Shown piece by piece: positions 8,101-18,200 of a stretch of 64,000 bases of DNA. The stretch is taken from assembly GCA_963796955.1 (NCBI GenBank), contig CAWCNJ010000006.1, positions 102,691-166,690 of the forward strand, written 5' to 3'. This DNA comes from Endomicrobiales bacterium. GTDB lineage: Bacteria > Elusimicrobiota > Endomicrobiia > Endomicrobiales > JALOBY01. Under the pieces are notes generated by a model. That model worked only from the letters and a program-made list of their open reading frames with translations, was not told the origin of the DNA and ran no database searches. The translations under genes and the position numbers were made by a program. Positions within the stretch are counted from its first letter, which is position 1. Each line of letters opens with the position of its first letter.

Positions 8101-11100
8101 GATCGAACGCATATTTTCAGGTATACCGTAACAACGGCGACGGTACTTTTGATCCCGATTACATAGAGCCTCAACCAGGCTGGGGCACCTATGCGGGAAC
8201 ACTTGCCTGGGGCGATTATAATAATGACGGAGACCTGGATATAGCGGTACATGGCACTGATAGCTATTTGCGCATATTTAAGAACAATGGCAATGGAAGT
8301 TTTGACCCCCACCCAATAGAACTCGGTACCAGCGGTGATTGGGAGGCGCTTGCCTGGGGTGATTTTAATAATGACGGTAATCTTGACATATCTGGCCTGG
8401 ATTCTTCCGATTGGTTGTACTTATACACCAATAACGGCGATGGATCTTTTGATGACACGCGGGTAACTATAGACGGGGTAGCAGGTTCTAATAATAATAC
8501 TTTGTGCGTTGGCGACTTCGACAATGATGGATACACAGACATAGCGGGATCTTATGGTGTGGGGAATTACCCTTATGTTGATAACAGGGCGTATATTTAC
8601 CACAACAACAGCGGCGCAGGAACATTTGCAAAAAGCGAGATATTGCCCGGCTGGGGTGTTTCATTCGGCAGCCTTGCCTTTGCGGATTTTGACAACGACA
8701 ACGACCTGGATCTTGCGGTTTCCGGGCGGGAAAACAACTGCATAGATTATGCGACAGGTGGTTACAGAACATGTATCTACAAGAACAAAGAAGCCCAACT
8801 GGGCAACCCCAACACCCCGCCGACTGCGCCCACCGGCCTTACCGCGCTTTACGCCTACGACGTTAATACCTCAACGCTGACCCTGTGCTGGACGCCGGCG
8901 GCTTCTTACTACAACATAGAGCTGAGCACATTCCCTACCACGCTTTCGGGCGGCAATTTACAGCTGGCCACCACCGGCCATTACGAAATGCCCTGGAACT
9001 TCGGCAGCCCCAACACCGGCAATTACACACGCCCGCCGTCAAAAACATGGCCCGGCTTGAGCGGCACTAAAGCAGGCCAGCTCTACACCGTGCCGGATTA
9101 CGACATTGAACCCGGCGCAACCTACTATTTCCGCGCACAGGCGATAAATGCCAGCCTGATAAAGGGCCAGTGGTCTTCTGAGTTCTCAATCTGCCCCCAG
9201 GGCGCTTTTTCGCCGAACCCGCCGACAGGCATAAGCCAGTACAAAGAAAACGGTGGTGCTGTTTACCTGAGCTCTTACAGTTGGGTACAGGGTTCCGATA
9301 TCGTAGTGTCATCTTTTACGCTCACATCGCCCAACGCCGGCATGCAGGTACGCTACCGTATACAAATAACGACAGTAACGCTGCCAAATACGGCCGCAGC
9401 CGACTGGGGCCATGGGATACTGGTAGACTACACCTCCGGGTTGTTAACGCAAGGAGCTACAAACTATCACTGGCAGTTGCCGGGCAGTGTTTCAAGCCTG
9501 TGCTGGTGGCGCATAAGCTGTATAGACCAAAACGGTTATAGCTCAGAGCCTGTTCCGGTATTAAATGATGGCGGTGCTGCGATGGTGGCATATAAAACCA
9601 TTTTCGCGCCGAAGGCGCTTGACGTGATGCCCGGTTGGGGTGTCGTCTATTATAAAACAGGCCTGGCCTGGGGGGATATGAACAATGACGGCTGGCAGGA
9701 TCTGGCTGCTATAGGCAACAATAATTTTCTGTTGTTTAAAAACAAGAAAGATGGTACCTTTGACCCCATAACGGTTGATCCTGCCTGGTCCGGTGCGGCT
9801 ACCTCGGCCGCACTTAAATGGGGGGATTTCAACAACGATGGTAATTTAGACCTTGTAGCGCTGGGCTATACCGGCGCAGGAAATCTGCGGGTGTACTACA
9901 ACAACGGATCAGGCGGTTTTAGGTCCAGCTATCAGGAACCGATACCCGGTTGGGGGCTGTACAATGGTGATATAGCCCCCGGTGATTACAATAACGACGG
10001 CAACCTTGACATCGCGGTCATTGGAACAGACGGCTCGAACAACTATTTCCGCATATTCCGTAACAAAGGCGATGGGACATTCGATCCAAATCCGATAGAG
10101 CCTCAGCCTGGTTGGGGAACTTATGCGGGAGCGCTTGCCTGGGCCGATTATAACAATGATGGTGATCTTGATATAGCAGTAAAAGGTATAGATTCCGCTC
10201 TGCGTATATACAAGAACAATGGTGATGGATCGTTTTACTCTCCGATGGATCTCAGTTCGGTGGCGTATGGTGACTGGAACGCAATGGCCTGGGATGATTA
10301 CAATAACGACGGTTACCTTGATCTATTCTGCCAGGATTATAACGGCCTGGATCTTTATCAAAATAAAGGTGATGGGACGTTCAATACGTCGGGTGTGAGT
10401 GTATATAACGGGGCATCAGCAAATACATTTGCGATGTGCATCGGAGATTTTGATAATGATGGATATGCCGATATTGCCGATCTCGGTTCTATCAACGCAC
10501 ATCTTTATCATAATAACGGCGGTTCGGGAAGCTTTACCACAAGCCCGCTCAGGCCGGCCTGGGGAGTGCCAAACAACGTCAGCATTGCCTTTGCGGATTT
10601 TGATAATGACAACGATCTTGATCTGGCGGTGTCCGGGCAAGACAGCACTTCCCAAAATTTATTCTGCATCTTTAGCAATGAAGAAGCCCAGATGGGCAAC
10701 GCCAACACGGCGCCGGTGCCGCCTTCTGGCATACAATCGCAGACAGCCTACAACATAACAAAGTCGACGATGATCATAACCTGGCCGCCGGCCCAGTATG
10801 ACATCGGCAAATCTTCATGCACGCTTTCCTATCAGGTGGTTATCGCTACCTGTTCCATGACTCTGGCTGCGGATCAAAAATTAATAGCAGCACCAGGCTC
10901 GTTTATTACTACATGGGCCGCTGAGGGGGATAGCTTTGGAAACTATAACCGGCCTCCTGTAAAGATATGGGGAACCGATTCAACGCCCAGGCAGGGGTTT
11001 GGGTTATGCCTCAGTACGGCTTCTATTAAAGCTGACACCACTTATTATTACCGGGTGCAAACCATTGACTCCTGTCTTGCCCGCAGTACCTGGTCGGTGG

Positions 11101-12233
11101 AAGGCATGGTCTACATGGGTGTGGGCGCGCCCCCCGCTGCGATAACTAACCTTACCGCTCTGAAAGGTTCATCCGGCGGAGAAATTAAATTAAGCTGGAG
11201 CTCGCCCGGCGCCGACGGCACAGCAAATAATATTATTAACGGCGCCTTTAAAATACGCTATTCCACATACACAACGGGTTCTGCAAATTTCTGGACGGAT
11301 GCAGCATCCAACTGGGTAGATCAAACCAATAAATATCAGATTACAATACCTACTAATTCCATACCAGGCGTAACGCAATCAGCCACGCTTGTCGGCCTTA
11401 CACCGGGCGGAACGTATTACGTGCGCGCCTGGGCACGGGATGAAGTTGGCGTAGACAGCACCAGCTGGAACGGCAACTGGTCTGCATTGTCTAACGCAGC
11501 TACAGCCTATTCGATGTCGGCAACAACGCCGCAGGTGATAAGCGATCTTGTGGCTACCAACAATAGCGCGCTCAGCGCGATAACCTTAACCTGGACAGCT
11601 CCGGGAAGCAACGGGCAGACCGGCGACCTGAACGCCGGCTCGGCATTTAAGATAGAATACTCGACGGTAAATGTTATCAATACAAACAACTTTGCCGTTA
11701 TGCAGGCCACCATGGCAATACAGGGCGTAACAATTTCAACGGTTACAACGGCAATGAGCAGGCAGACCTATAATATAGGCGGACTTACAAACAACAAAAA
11801 GTACTGGTTCGCTATAGAGACGGAAAACTCCGGCGGTGTATGGTCAGCGTGGTATTCCTCGGCTCCCGAAGACGGTCATACTACCTACAACGTACTCGCA
11901 AGCACGGTTTGCTCATTCACCAATACCCCGCCGACCATATCCGCACTGGAACAACTGGATGGCTCACTGGTTTCCATGACCTCGTTTACATGGACCAACT
12001 CGGGAACCATTATCTCATCATTTACTATTAGCGATGCTAATTACGGCCAGCTGGTGCATTATAACATTCAAATCACTTCTGTCGTTACAAATAATGGCGT
12101 CGATTGGACTAACATTTTTGCAAGTTCACGTTCAGCGTTAATAAGCCAGGGAACCGTATCCTACACCTGGCCGGCCTTGACTCCAAACGCCTTCTACGCA
12201 TGGCGAGCAGGGCGGAGGATAGCTTCGGCCTGA
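5190..12233 (+). CDS. giant FG-GAP/VCBS + FN3-like repeat surface protein, gene A, N-terminal fragment (frame lost at 12209/12210)
   Basis: 2347-aa ORF. The likely true start is ATG 5244 (MLGRSISRIVPFKSAMAAIIFAVIALLFFSIVSNA|AP), which aligns residue for residue with gene B from ATG 42098. It is a signal-peptide-like N-terminus followed by three complete supermodules. The last 8 codons (GRRIASA*) are out of frame. Confidence 0.9.
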   Translation: MSVTLLRFTFFLFCMGPAMLGRSISRIVPFKSAMAAIIFAVIALLFFSIVSNAAPNAPSNLTQCSSTGLSLSSFTWTNSTLITSSFTLTTASVHYRIQVSTVTDANGAAVWNKGLFVDATSAALLPAGTTWYAWTPAIPAFYWWRVSCFDGSNVYSSTTSVLQSGGPAVVAWNTPFDPKYREPMPGDGIGGGGSSLAWGDFDGDGYQDLAILGNSNSSGDITKVFPGKSDGTFNAAVTLPSGQTFSSGGVAWGDFNNDGLLDLAIAGKNSTTGNGSVRVYRNTGGAFSATFVSPETVGYSFSNLAWGDYDNDGCLNLVVAGWTDSYAIVSRVYHNNGNAGFTVAYNNNFGVASTDVGSCAPSLQWLDVENDGDLDLAMAGNAGGTYSMSIYRNQNSTFAFGSAPVFEYDPVSAAAWGDFNNDGFMDFAGVDSNSRVAVFLNTGNFTFNTVSPIVLTSTINNFTNVAAGDVDNDGLSDVFVAGSTGTALYYNRNGSFVNQPTFPFWPLYGDESIALADYNADGALDAAFAGGDLFSADYLRVFNGKQANAAPVPPTISTVTFSYSATRSTFTVAWAPGYYDVGHSSNSVYYNVEVATYPTTLQSDNKRVVNSNKFVESWDFGSPNLGSYIRPAVSTNWAGVKGTQMVGYTIAPSTSNYLLNATTFYFRVQTIDSGLMRSVWSSEYACIASSYVVFTNHAPDAPANLVQLDGSFVSLSSFSWTNSGTIISSFTLTDQDAGTQVKYHLQITTVSDSGLATWTSGYFLNYTSPLLNQGTTTYTWPALAANKFYWWQVWTEDAGGLASTSTSTSLLSGGPAALAYKTVYDPNAMDVLPGWGVGYTKTELAWGDMDNDGYADLAIAGDGEFRVFKNNKDGTMDPNSIAVDPALGGLNTVSVKWGDFNNDGKLDLVEMGGWWYGTGYNLRVYYNNGAGGFDPNYEEPVPDWGLEGGCVAPGDYDNDGNLDIAVMGYDGSNAYFQVYRNNGDGTFDPDYIEPQPGWGTYAGTLAWGDYNNDGDLDIAVHGTDSYLRIFKNNGNGSFDPHPIELGTSGDWEALAWGDFNNDGNLDISGLDSSDWLYLYTNNGDGSFDDTRVTIDGVAGSNNNTLCVGDFDNDGYTDIAGSYGVGNYPYVDNRAYIYHNNSGAGTFAKSEILPGWGVSFGSLAFADFDNDNDLDLAVSGRENNCIDYATGGYRTCIYKNKEAQLGNPNTPPTAPTGLTALYAYDVNTSTLTLCWTPAASYYNIELSTFPTTLSGGNLQLATTGHYEMPWNFGSPNTGNYTRPPSKTWPGLSGTKAGQLYTVPDYDIEPGATYYFRAQAINASLIKGQWSSEFSICPQGAFSPNPPTGISQYKENGGAVYLSSYSWVQGSDIVVSSFTLTSPNAGMQVRYRIQITTVTLPNTAAADWGHGILVDYTSGLLTQGATNYHWQLPGSVSSLCWWRISCIDQNGYSSEPVPVLNDGGAAMVAYKTIFAPKALDVMPGWGVVYYKTGLAWGDMNNDGWQDLAAIGNNNFLLFKNKKDGTFDPITVDPAWSGAATSAALKWGDFNNDGNLDLVALGYTGAGNLRVYYNNGSGGFRSSYQEPIPGWGLYNGDIAPGDYNNDGNLDIAVIGTDGSNNYFRIFRNKGDGTFDPNPIEPQPGWGTYAGALAWADYNNDGDLDIAVKGIDSALRIYKNNGDGSFYSPMDLSSVAYGDWNAMAWDDYNNDGYLDLFCQDYNGLDLYQNKGDGTFNTSGVSVYNGASANTFAMCIGDFDNDGYADIADLGSINAHLYHNNGGSGSFTTSPLRPAWGVPNNVSIAFADFDNDNDLDLAVSGQDSTSQNLFCIFSNEEAQMGNANTAPVPPSGIQSQTAYNITKSTMIITWPPAQYDIGKSSCTLSYQVVIATCSMTLAADQKLIAAPGSFITTWAAEGDSFGNYNRPPVKIWGTDSTPRQGFGLCLSTASIKADTTYYYRVQTIDSCLARSTWSVEGMVYMGVGAPPAAITNLTALKGSSGGEIKLSWSSPGADGTANNIINGAFKIRYSTYTTGSANFWTDAASNWVDQTNKYQITIPTNSIPGVTQSATLVGLTPGGTYYVRAWARDEVGVDSTSWNGNWSALSNAATAYSMSATTPQVISDLVATNNSALSAITLTWTAPGSNGQTGDLNAGSAFKIEYSTVNVINTNNFAVMQATMAIQGVTISTVTTAMSRQTYNIGGLTNNKKYWFAIETENSGGVWSAWYSSAPEDGHTTYNVLASTVCSFTNTPPTISALEQLDGSLVSMTSFTWTNSGTIISSFTISDANYGQLVHYNIQITSVVTNNGVDWTNIFASSRSALISQGTVSYTWPALTPNAFYAWRAGRRIASA
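5682..6712 (+). repeat. 1,031-bp tract near-identical to 50714..51743 in gene B
   Basis: Line-by-line comparison finds one substitution (A at 6136 versus G at 51167; CLNL versus CLDL) and one T indel (6263/6264 versus 51295). Flanks diverge abruptly upstream of 5682 and gradually after 6712. Confidence 0.9.
5700..6825 (+). repeat. 7-bladed FG-GAP/VCBS beta-propeller A1
   Basis: Seven blades counted: LAWGDFDGDGYQDLAI, VAWGDFNNDGLLDLAI, LAWGDYDNDGCLNLVV, LQWLDVENDGDLDLAM, AAWGDFNNDGFMDFAG, VAAGDVDNDGLSDVFV, IALADYNADGALDAAF. Confidence 0.85.
7641..8790 (+). repeat. 7-bladed FG-GAP/VCBS beta-propeller A2
   Basis: Seven blades counted, from LAWGDMDNDGYADLAI to LAFADFDNDNDLDLAV. Ends at YKNKEAQLGNPNT. 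Confidence 0.85.
9581..10680 (+). repeat. FG-GAP/VCBS beta-propeller A3
   Basis: Runs from LAWGDMNNDGWQDLAA to IAFADFDNDNDLDLAV. Ends at FSNEEAQMGNANT. Confidence 0.8.
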
Positions 12234-15200
12234 CTTCGTCAACTTCCACAGCACTGGTCTCCGGCGGCCTGGCGGTGCTGGCATATAAAACGCCTTTCGA
12301 TTCAAGGTACGTTGAGCCCACACCCGGCTGGGGTTGCGGACATTATGGATCGGCGCTTGCCTGGGGAGACCTTAACGATGACGGCTATCAGGACCTTGCA
12401 GTAAGCGGCATCATTGGTACGACGCCCTATACCCGTATATATAAAAATAATAAAGACGGCACTTTTAGTGCATATTCCACCCTGCCCGGCGGTGTAGATG
12501 CCGGTTGTCCGGAACTACAGTTCAGCGACTTTAATAACGACGGAAAAATGGACCTTTTGGTTGCAGGCTGGCCAGGCAGCGATCCCGGTATAGAAAGAAT
12601 TTATCTCGGTAACGGCGACGGAACGCTCAACCCGGCATACGTTGATGCAATGCCGGGGTTTGGACGGTATTGGGTCTCGGCTAAACTGGGCGATTATGAC
12701 AATGACGGTAACCTGGACATAGCAATAATGGGCGCCGATGATGCAGGGCCGGGGGTTTCAACCTTCAGGATATACCGTAATAACGGTAACGGTGCCTTTA
12801 GTCCAAATTATATAGAACCTGAAACGGGCTGGGGTCTTTGCACGCAGGCGCCCGGCTGGAATTATGTCGGCGGCCGTCTGCTCTGGGGCGACTACGATAA
12901 TGACGGCGATCTTGACCTGGCCGTTTGCGGCGATGATGTTAACGATAATCAGTTAATGCGCGTATACCATAACAGCGGCAGCGGCAATCATTTTGGCCCG
13001 GCGCACGAGTTGCAGGTAAGCGATATAAACGATATCAGCTGGATAGATTATGATAACAACGGTTATCTGGATATAGCCGCCTTTTCTCAGGCAGCCCAAA
13101 AAACCCGGATATACCGCAATAACGGCAATGGCTCATTCAATACTACGCCGCTTGAGATCTTCCCGGGCATATCAATGCAGAATGTGGCGATCGCAGTCGG
13201 CGATTATGACAATGACGGCAATTCCGATCTGTTCCTTACCGGTAACACCAATACGCAGGGTGATATAGCAGGCGTTTACCGTAACCGCGGTGACGGAACA
13301 TTCGATCAGTCCATCGTCTCGCCGCTGCCGCTATGGGGCATAAACGGCTGTGGGTCGATCGCGTTGTCCGACTACAACAATGACGGCGGCCTGGATATGG
13401 CCGTTGACGGCTTCGGCTCAGGCGGCGATCTGAGCCTGCGCGTCTTCAAAAACATGGAAGCACAGCTGGGCAACGCAAACACCGCGCCCGTGCCGCCGGG
13501 TACGGCAAACATCAACTTTAATTACAGCGCGTCAAAGAGCACATTTACAATAACATGGCAGCCTTCGCAATATGACATAGGCCATTCGTCTAATTCTGTC
13601 TTCTTTAACGTGGAAGCCTCAACTTCGCCGACTACGCTTTCCACGGACAAAACGCGCATAACAGCCCCCGATCATTTTGTGGAACCCTGGAACTTCGGCA
13701 GCTCCAACCTGGGCAATTTCGTGCGCCCCGCGGTTTCCACTTCTTGGGCCGGAGTGACTGGCACATCAATGCATGGCTTTACCCTGGCGCCCTCGACAAA
13801 CACTTGGTTGTTGAACACCACAACATTCTATTTCCGTATCCAAACAATAGATTCCGGCCTTATGCGCAGCACCTGGTCCGCCGAGTTTTCTTGCTTTGCA
13901 TCTTCAACGTCGAACTTGGCGCCCAATGCTCCAACGAACCTTGCGCAGCTGGATGGGACGCATGTTTCGCTCTCATCCTTCGGCTGGACGAACTCGGGTA
14001 CTATAATTTCATCGTTCACCCTAACCGACCCAGACGACGGCCAGCAGGTGCGCTTTAACCTGCAGATAACTTCTGTTACCACTAACGGCGCGGCAGATTG
14101 GACAAGCATATTCGCCAGCACGCGCTCCGCCCTGCTCAACCAGGGAACCACAACCTATAGTTGGCCGACGCTTAACCCGAATGCTTTCTACTGGTGGCGT
14201 GCCTGGACGGAAGATAGTTATGGTTTAACGTCGGCTACGTCAGCTGCGCTTGGAGTTAATGGAAGCAGTGGCACGGCTGTCCTTGCGTACGATACATTCT
14301 TCGATCCTCATACGGTCCGGCTGGACCCGTCCGCCGGGACCGGATTGTGGGGTGGCAACATAATCAGCGGCGATTTTGATAATGACGGGTATCAGGATAT
14401 CGCCACATGCGGAGCCAATGCTGTGGCATCTGCGGGGCATCTTGATGTCTTATTCTACGATCACGTCTCCGGCACATTCGGCAGCCCCGTAATTCAGGGC
14501 AATATGTGGGGCCATATTCAGACCGCGGATTTCAATAATGACGGATCGCTCGACATTGTGGCTATCGTTGAAGATTTCAATGACTATTCCAACAGGGTAT
14601 ACACGATAAATAATCTCGGCGGGCGCGTGTTTGGTACGCCAACGGATATAAGCCCCGGGTTGTCGCCATCTATCACAAATGCCACCGTTGCCTGTGGAGA
14701 TTACGATAATGACGGCAGTCCTGATATCGCGGTTGCCGGCACTATAGGAGGCGGGGCTCACATGTACGCTTTGCATAATAACGGCAATGGCTCCTTCGAC
14801 CCGACGCCCAGAGACATTCTATATCCCGGCAATGGCACGAGTGCTATTGGCGGATTAGCGTGGGGCGATTACAACAACGACGGCTATTTGGACCTACTGG
14901 CGACCGATAACGGTTACAACTATTGTGTTTTCAAAAACAACAGCAATTGCACGTTCAACTACGTTTCCCTGAGCGCAGGCGCAGATCATTATGGGGCATG
15001 GGCAGATTATGACAATGACGGTAACATAGACATAGTAATCTCGGGCGCTGTTGTGAGGAACAAAGGCGATGGCTCTGCGAATCCCTTCGATCCATCGCTC
15101 GTAGTTATTGATCCCAATTGTTCTTTATATGCCGGAGATCTGGCCGTAGGCGATCTGAACAACGATGGCAACATAGATATGGCGATTTTTGGCGAATATA

Positions 15201-18200
15201 ATTATCAGGCCAGCGATTGCCGCATGCAGGCATATTTAAACAAAGGCAATGGTAGTTTCGACCCTCAACAACATGCGTTTATGCCTGGTTTAGGCTTATA
15301 CGATGGCGGCATCACACTTGCAGATTTTGACGGGGATGGCGACCTGGATATGGCGGCGTGCGGCATGGATTCCAGTGGCAATCTCTTTTGTGGTCTCTTC
15401 ACTTCAAAATATACACAGATGTTCAGCGCCAACACCGCGCCCGTGCCGCCCGCAATATCCAGTATGACGTTCGTCTACAGCGGCTACACGACGGCAAAAA
15501 GCACATTTACCATAACCTGGCACCCGGCACAATACGATGTGGGCCATTCTTCCAACTCTGTTTACTTCAATGTTGAGGCGTCAACGTTCCCGACCACGCT
15601 TTCCACCGATAGGCTGCGCCTGGCCACCACGGGCCACTATCAGGAGGCTTGGAACTTCGGCACACCCAACATGGGTAACTTCATTCGCCCATCGGTATCC
15701 ACCAGCTGGGCCGGCGTAACCGGCACGCAGATGGTGGGCTACTTGTTCCAGCCATCAACCAGCGCATTTACGTTTAACACAACGTATTACTTCCGAGTAC
15801 AGACCATAGACAGTAGTCTTGCGCGCAGCACCTGGTCTGTGGAACAATCATACTATTGCGGCGACACCACGCCGCCCGCCGCTTTAACCAACCTTGCGGC
15901 GATAACCGGTTTCGGCCCTGGCACAATAAATCTTACATGGACCTCGCCGGGCGATGACGGCATAAGCGGCAACATAGTGGGTGGCGCTTACAAGATACGT
16001 TATTCCACTTACACGCCGTCATCATGGAATGACGCGGCTTCAAACTGGACTGATTATCTAAATAAATACCAGATAACGATCGCCACAAATTCTACGCCCG
16101 GCGTAACGCAGTCGTACTTGTTAACGGGCCTGACGGGCGGTGTCACCTATTACGTCCGCGCCTGGACGCGCGACGAAGTGGGTGTAGACAGCACCAGCTG
16201 GAACGGCAACTGGTCGGCGCTGTCGAATGGTGCGACATGCTGGGCGCAAATAAACCATGCGCCGAACGCCCCGACGAATCTAGCGCAACTTGATAGTTCA
16301 CTGGTAAATCTTTCATCCTTCAGCTGGACGAACTCGGGCACTATAATTTCGTCGTTTACGATAACCGACCCCGACGCCGGCCAGCAGGTGAAATATCATA
16401 TTCAGATAACAACTGTTTCCAGCAGCGGCCTTGCCACGTGGACGAGCGGTTACTTCCTGAACTACACTTCGTCGCTGTTGAACCAGGGAACAACAACTTA
16501 CACATGGTCCGCGCTTACGGCCGGCAACTTCTACTGGTGGAGGGTGTGGACTGAAGATGCAGGCGGCCTTACGTCGTCAACCTCAACATTGCTTGGTGTT
16601 AGCGGCAGCGGCGGCCCGGCGGTGTTGGCGTATAAAACTATGTTCGATCCTGTAGCGCTACAGCCGGATCCTGGGTTTAGTCCTAACGGCCAGGTTGATG
16701 TTAGCTCTGTGTGGGGCGATTTCGATAATGACGGATATCAGGACATTGCTGTAACAGGTAACAATTACACCGGGGAGGTTTTGTTCTATGACCATACCTC
16801 CGGCACATTCCCAGCTAAAACACAGATCGGGCAGTTAAGCGGACGCATACAGGCTGTAGATTACAATAACGATGGATCGCTTGATCTGGTGTTTGCGGGT
16901 TATGATAACAGCGTTTATGAGCAAAGATGCCGCGTTATTAAGAACCTTGGCGGCAAGGCATTCGCGGCGCCGGCTGATGTTGTGTCGGGCCTTACGGTAG
17001 GTAATTTTATGATCGCCGCGGCAGATTACGATAACGACGGGTATGCCGATATCGCACTTTGCGGCGGCGGAACTGGTAACGCTTTGTTTGTTTATACCAT
17101 TCACAACAATGGCGATGCTACATTTGGCAACGTCGTGTTGTTAGACACCGGTGGTAACAGCTATTACGGTTATGTGCCAGTTGCCTGGGGCGACATTAAT
17201 AACGATGGCTACCTGGATCTGCTGGCGAACATGAGTAGTACCAGGGAACTATGCGTTTACAAAAATAATTGCAACGGTACGCTGAACCATACGCCGATAG
17301 TGCCCGTGCCGGCCATGTCATATAACAGCCAGGTTGCATTTGCGGATTTCAACAATGACGGCAACCTTGATATTGTGTTGACTGGTCAACCCGGGATTAA
17401 TTTTATTAAGAACACCGGCAGCGGAAATAATCCGTTTGATCCTTCATATACCACAGTGGCAGGCAATGCCACCGGCGGCTATTTTGGGATTGGCGACCTT
17501 AACAATGATGGGTACCCCGATGTAATGCTTGAAGGCGAGAATAACTATCATAGTGACGACTTAAATTTCATGGCCTATTTAAATAAAAGCGGTAATTTCG
17601 ATCAGGATTACGTTGAAGTTGTCCCGGGCGGCGGTGTGGACAGAGGTAGTATAACTTTCGCAGATTTTGACGCTGACGGCGATCTGGATGTTCTCAGGCA
17701 GGGTATGGACGCAAACAGTGTAACCTCGCTAAGTGTATTTAAATCTAAGTACGCCGATATGAATGGCGCAAATATTGCGCCAGTGCCGCCCTCCGGCCTT
17801 GCCTGCCAGCCGGTTTACGCAACAACGGGTTCAACCGTAACGGTAACCTGGCCTGTTGCGCAGTATGATGCCGGCATCTCTTCGTGCGCGTTGTCTTTTC
17901 AGGTTGTTATATCCTCCGTTCCAATGACGTTGGATACCTCTAAAAAACTTGTAACAGCGCCAGGAGCATTTCTAAACAGCTGGACCTCGGAAGGCGATGG
18001 CTACGGAAGTTTTAACCGGCCAGCTGTAAAAGCCTGGGGCCTGGAACCAGCCGTTAAGTTTGGTTACCAGATGCGTATTAGCACAACGCAAATTGCTGTG
18101 GCAACAACCTATTATTACCGCGTGCAAACTATAGATTCCAGCCTGGCACGAAGCACCTGGTCTGCTGAAAGTATCATATACTTTGTGGCCAACAGTTCGC

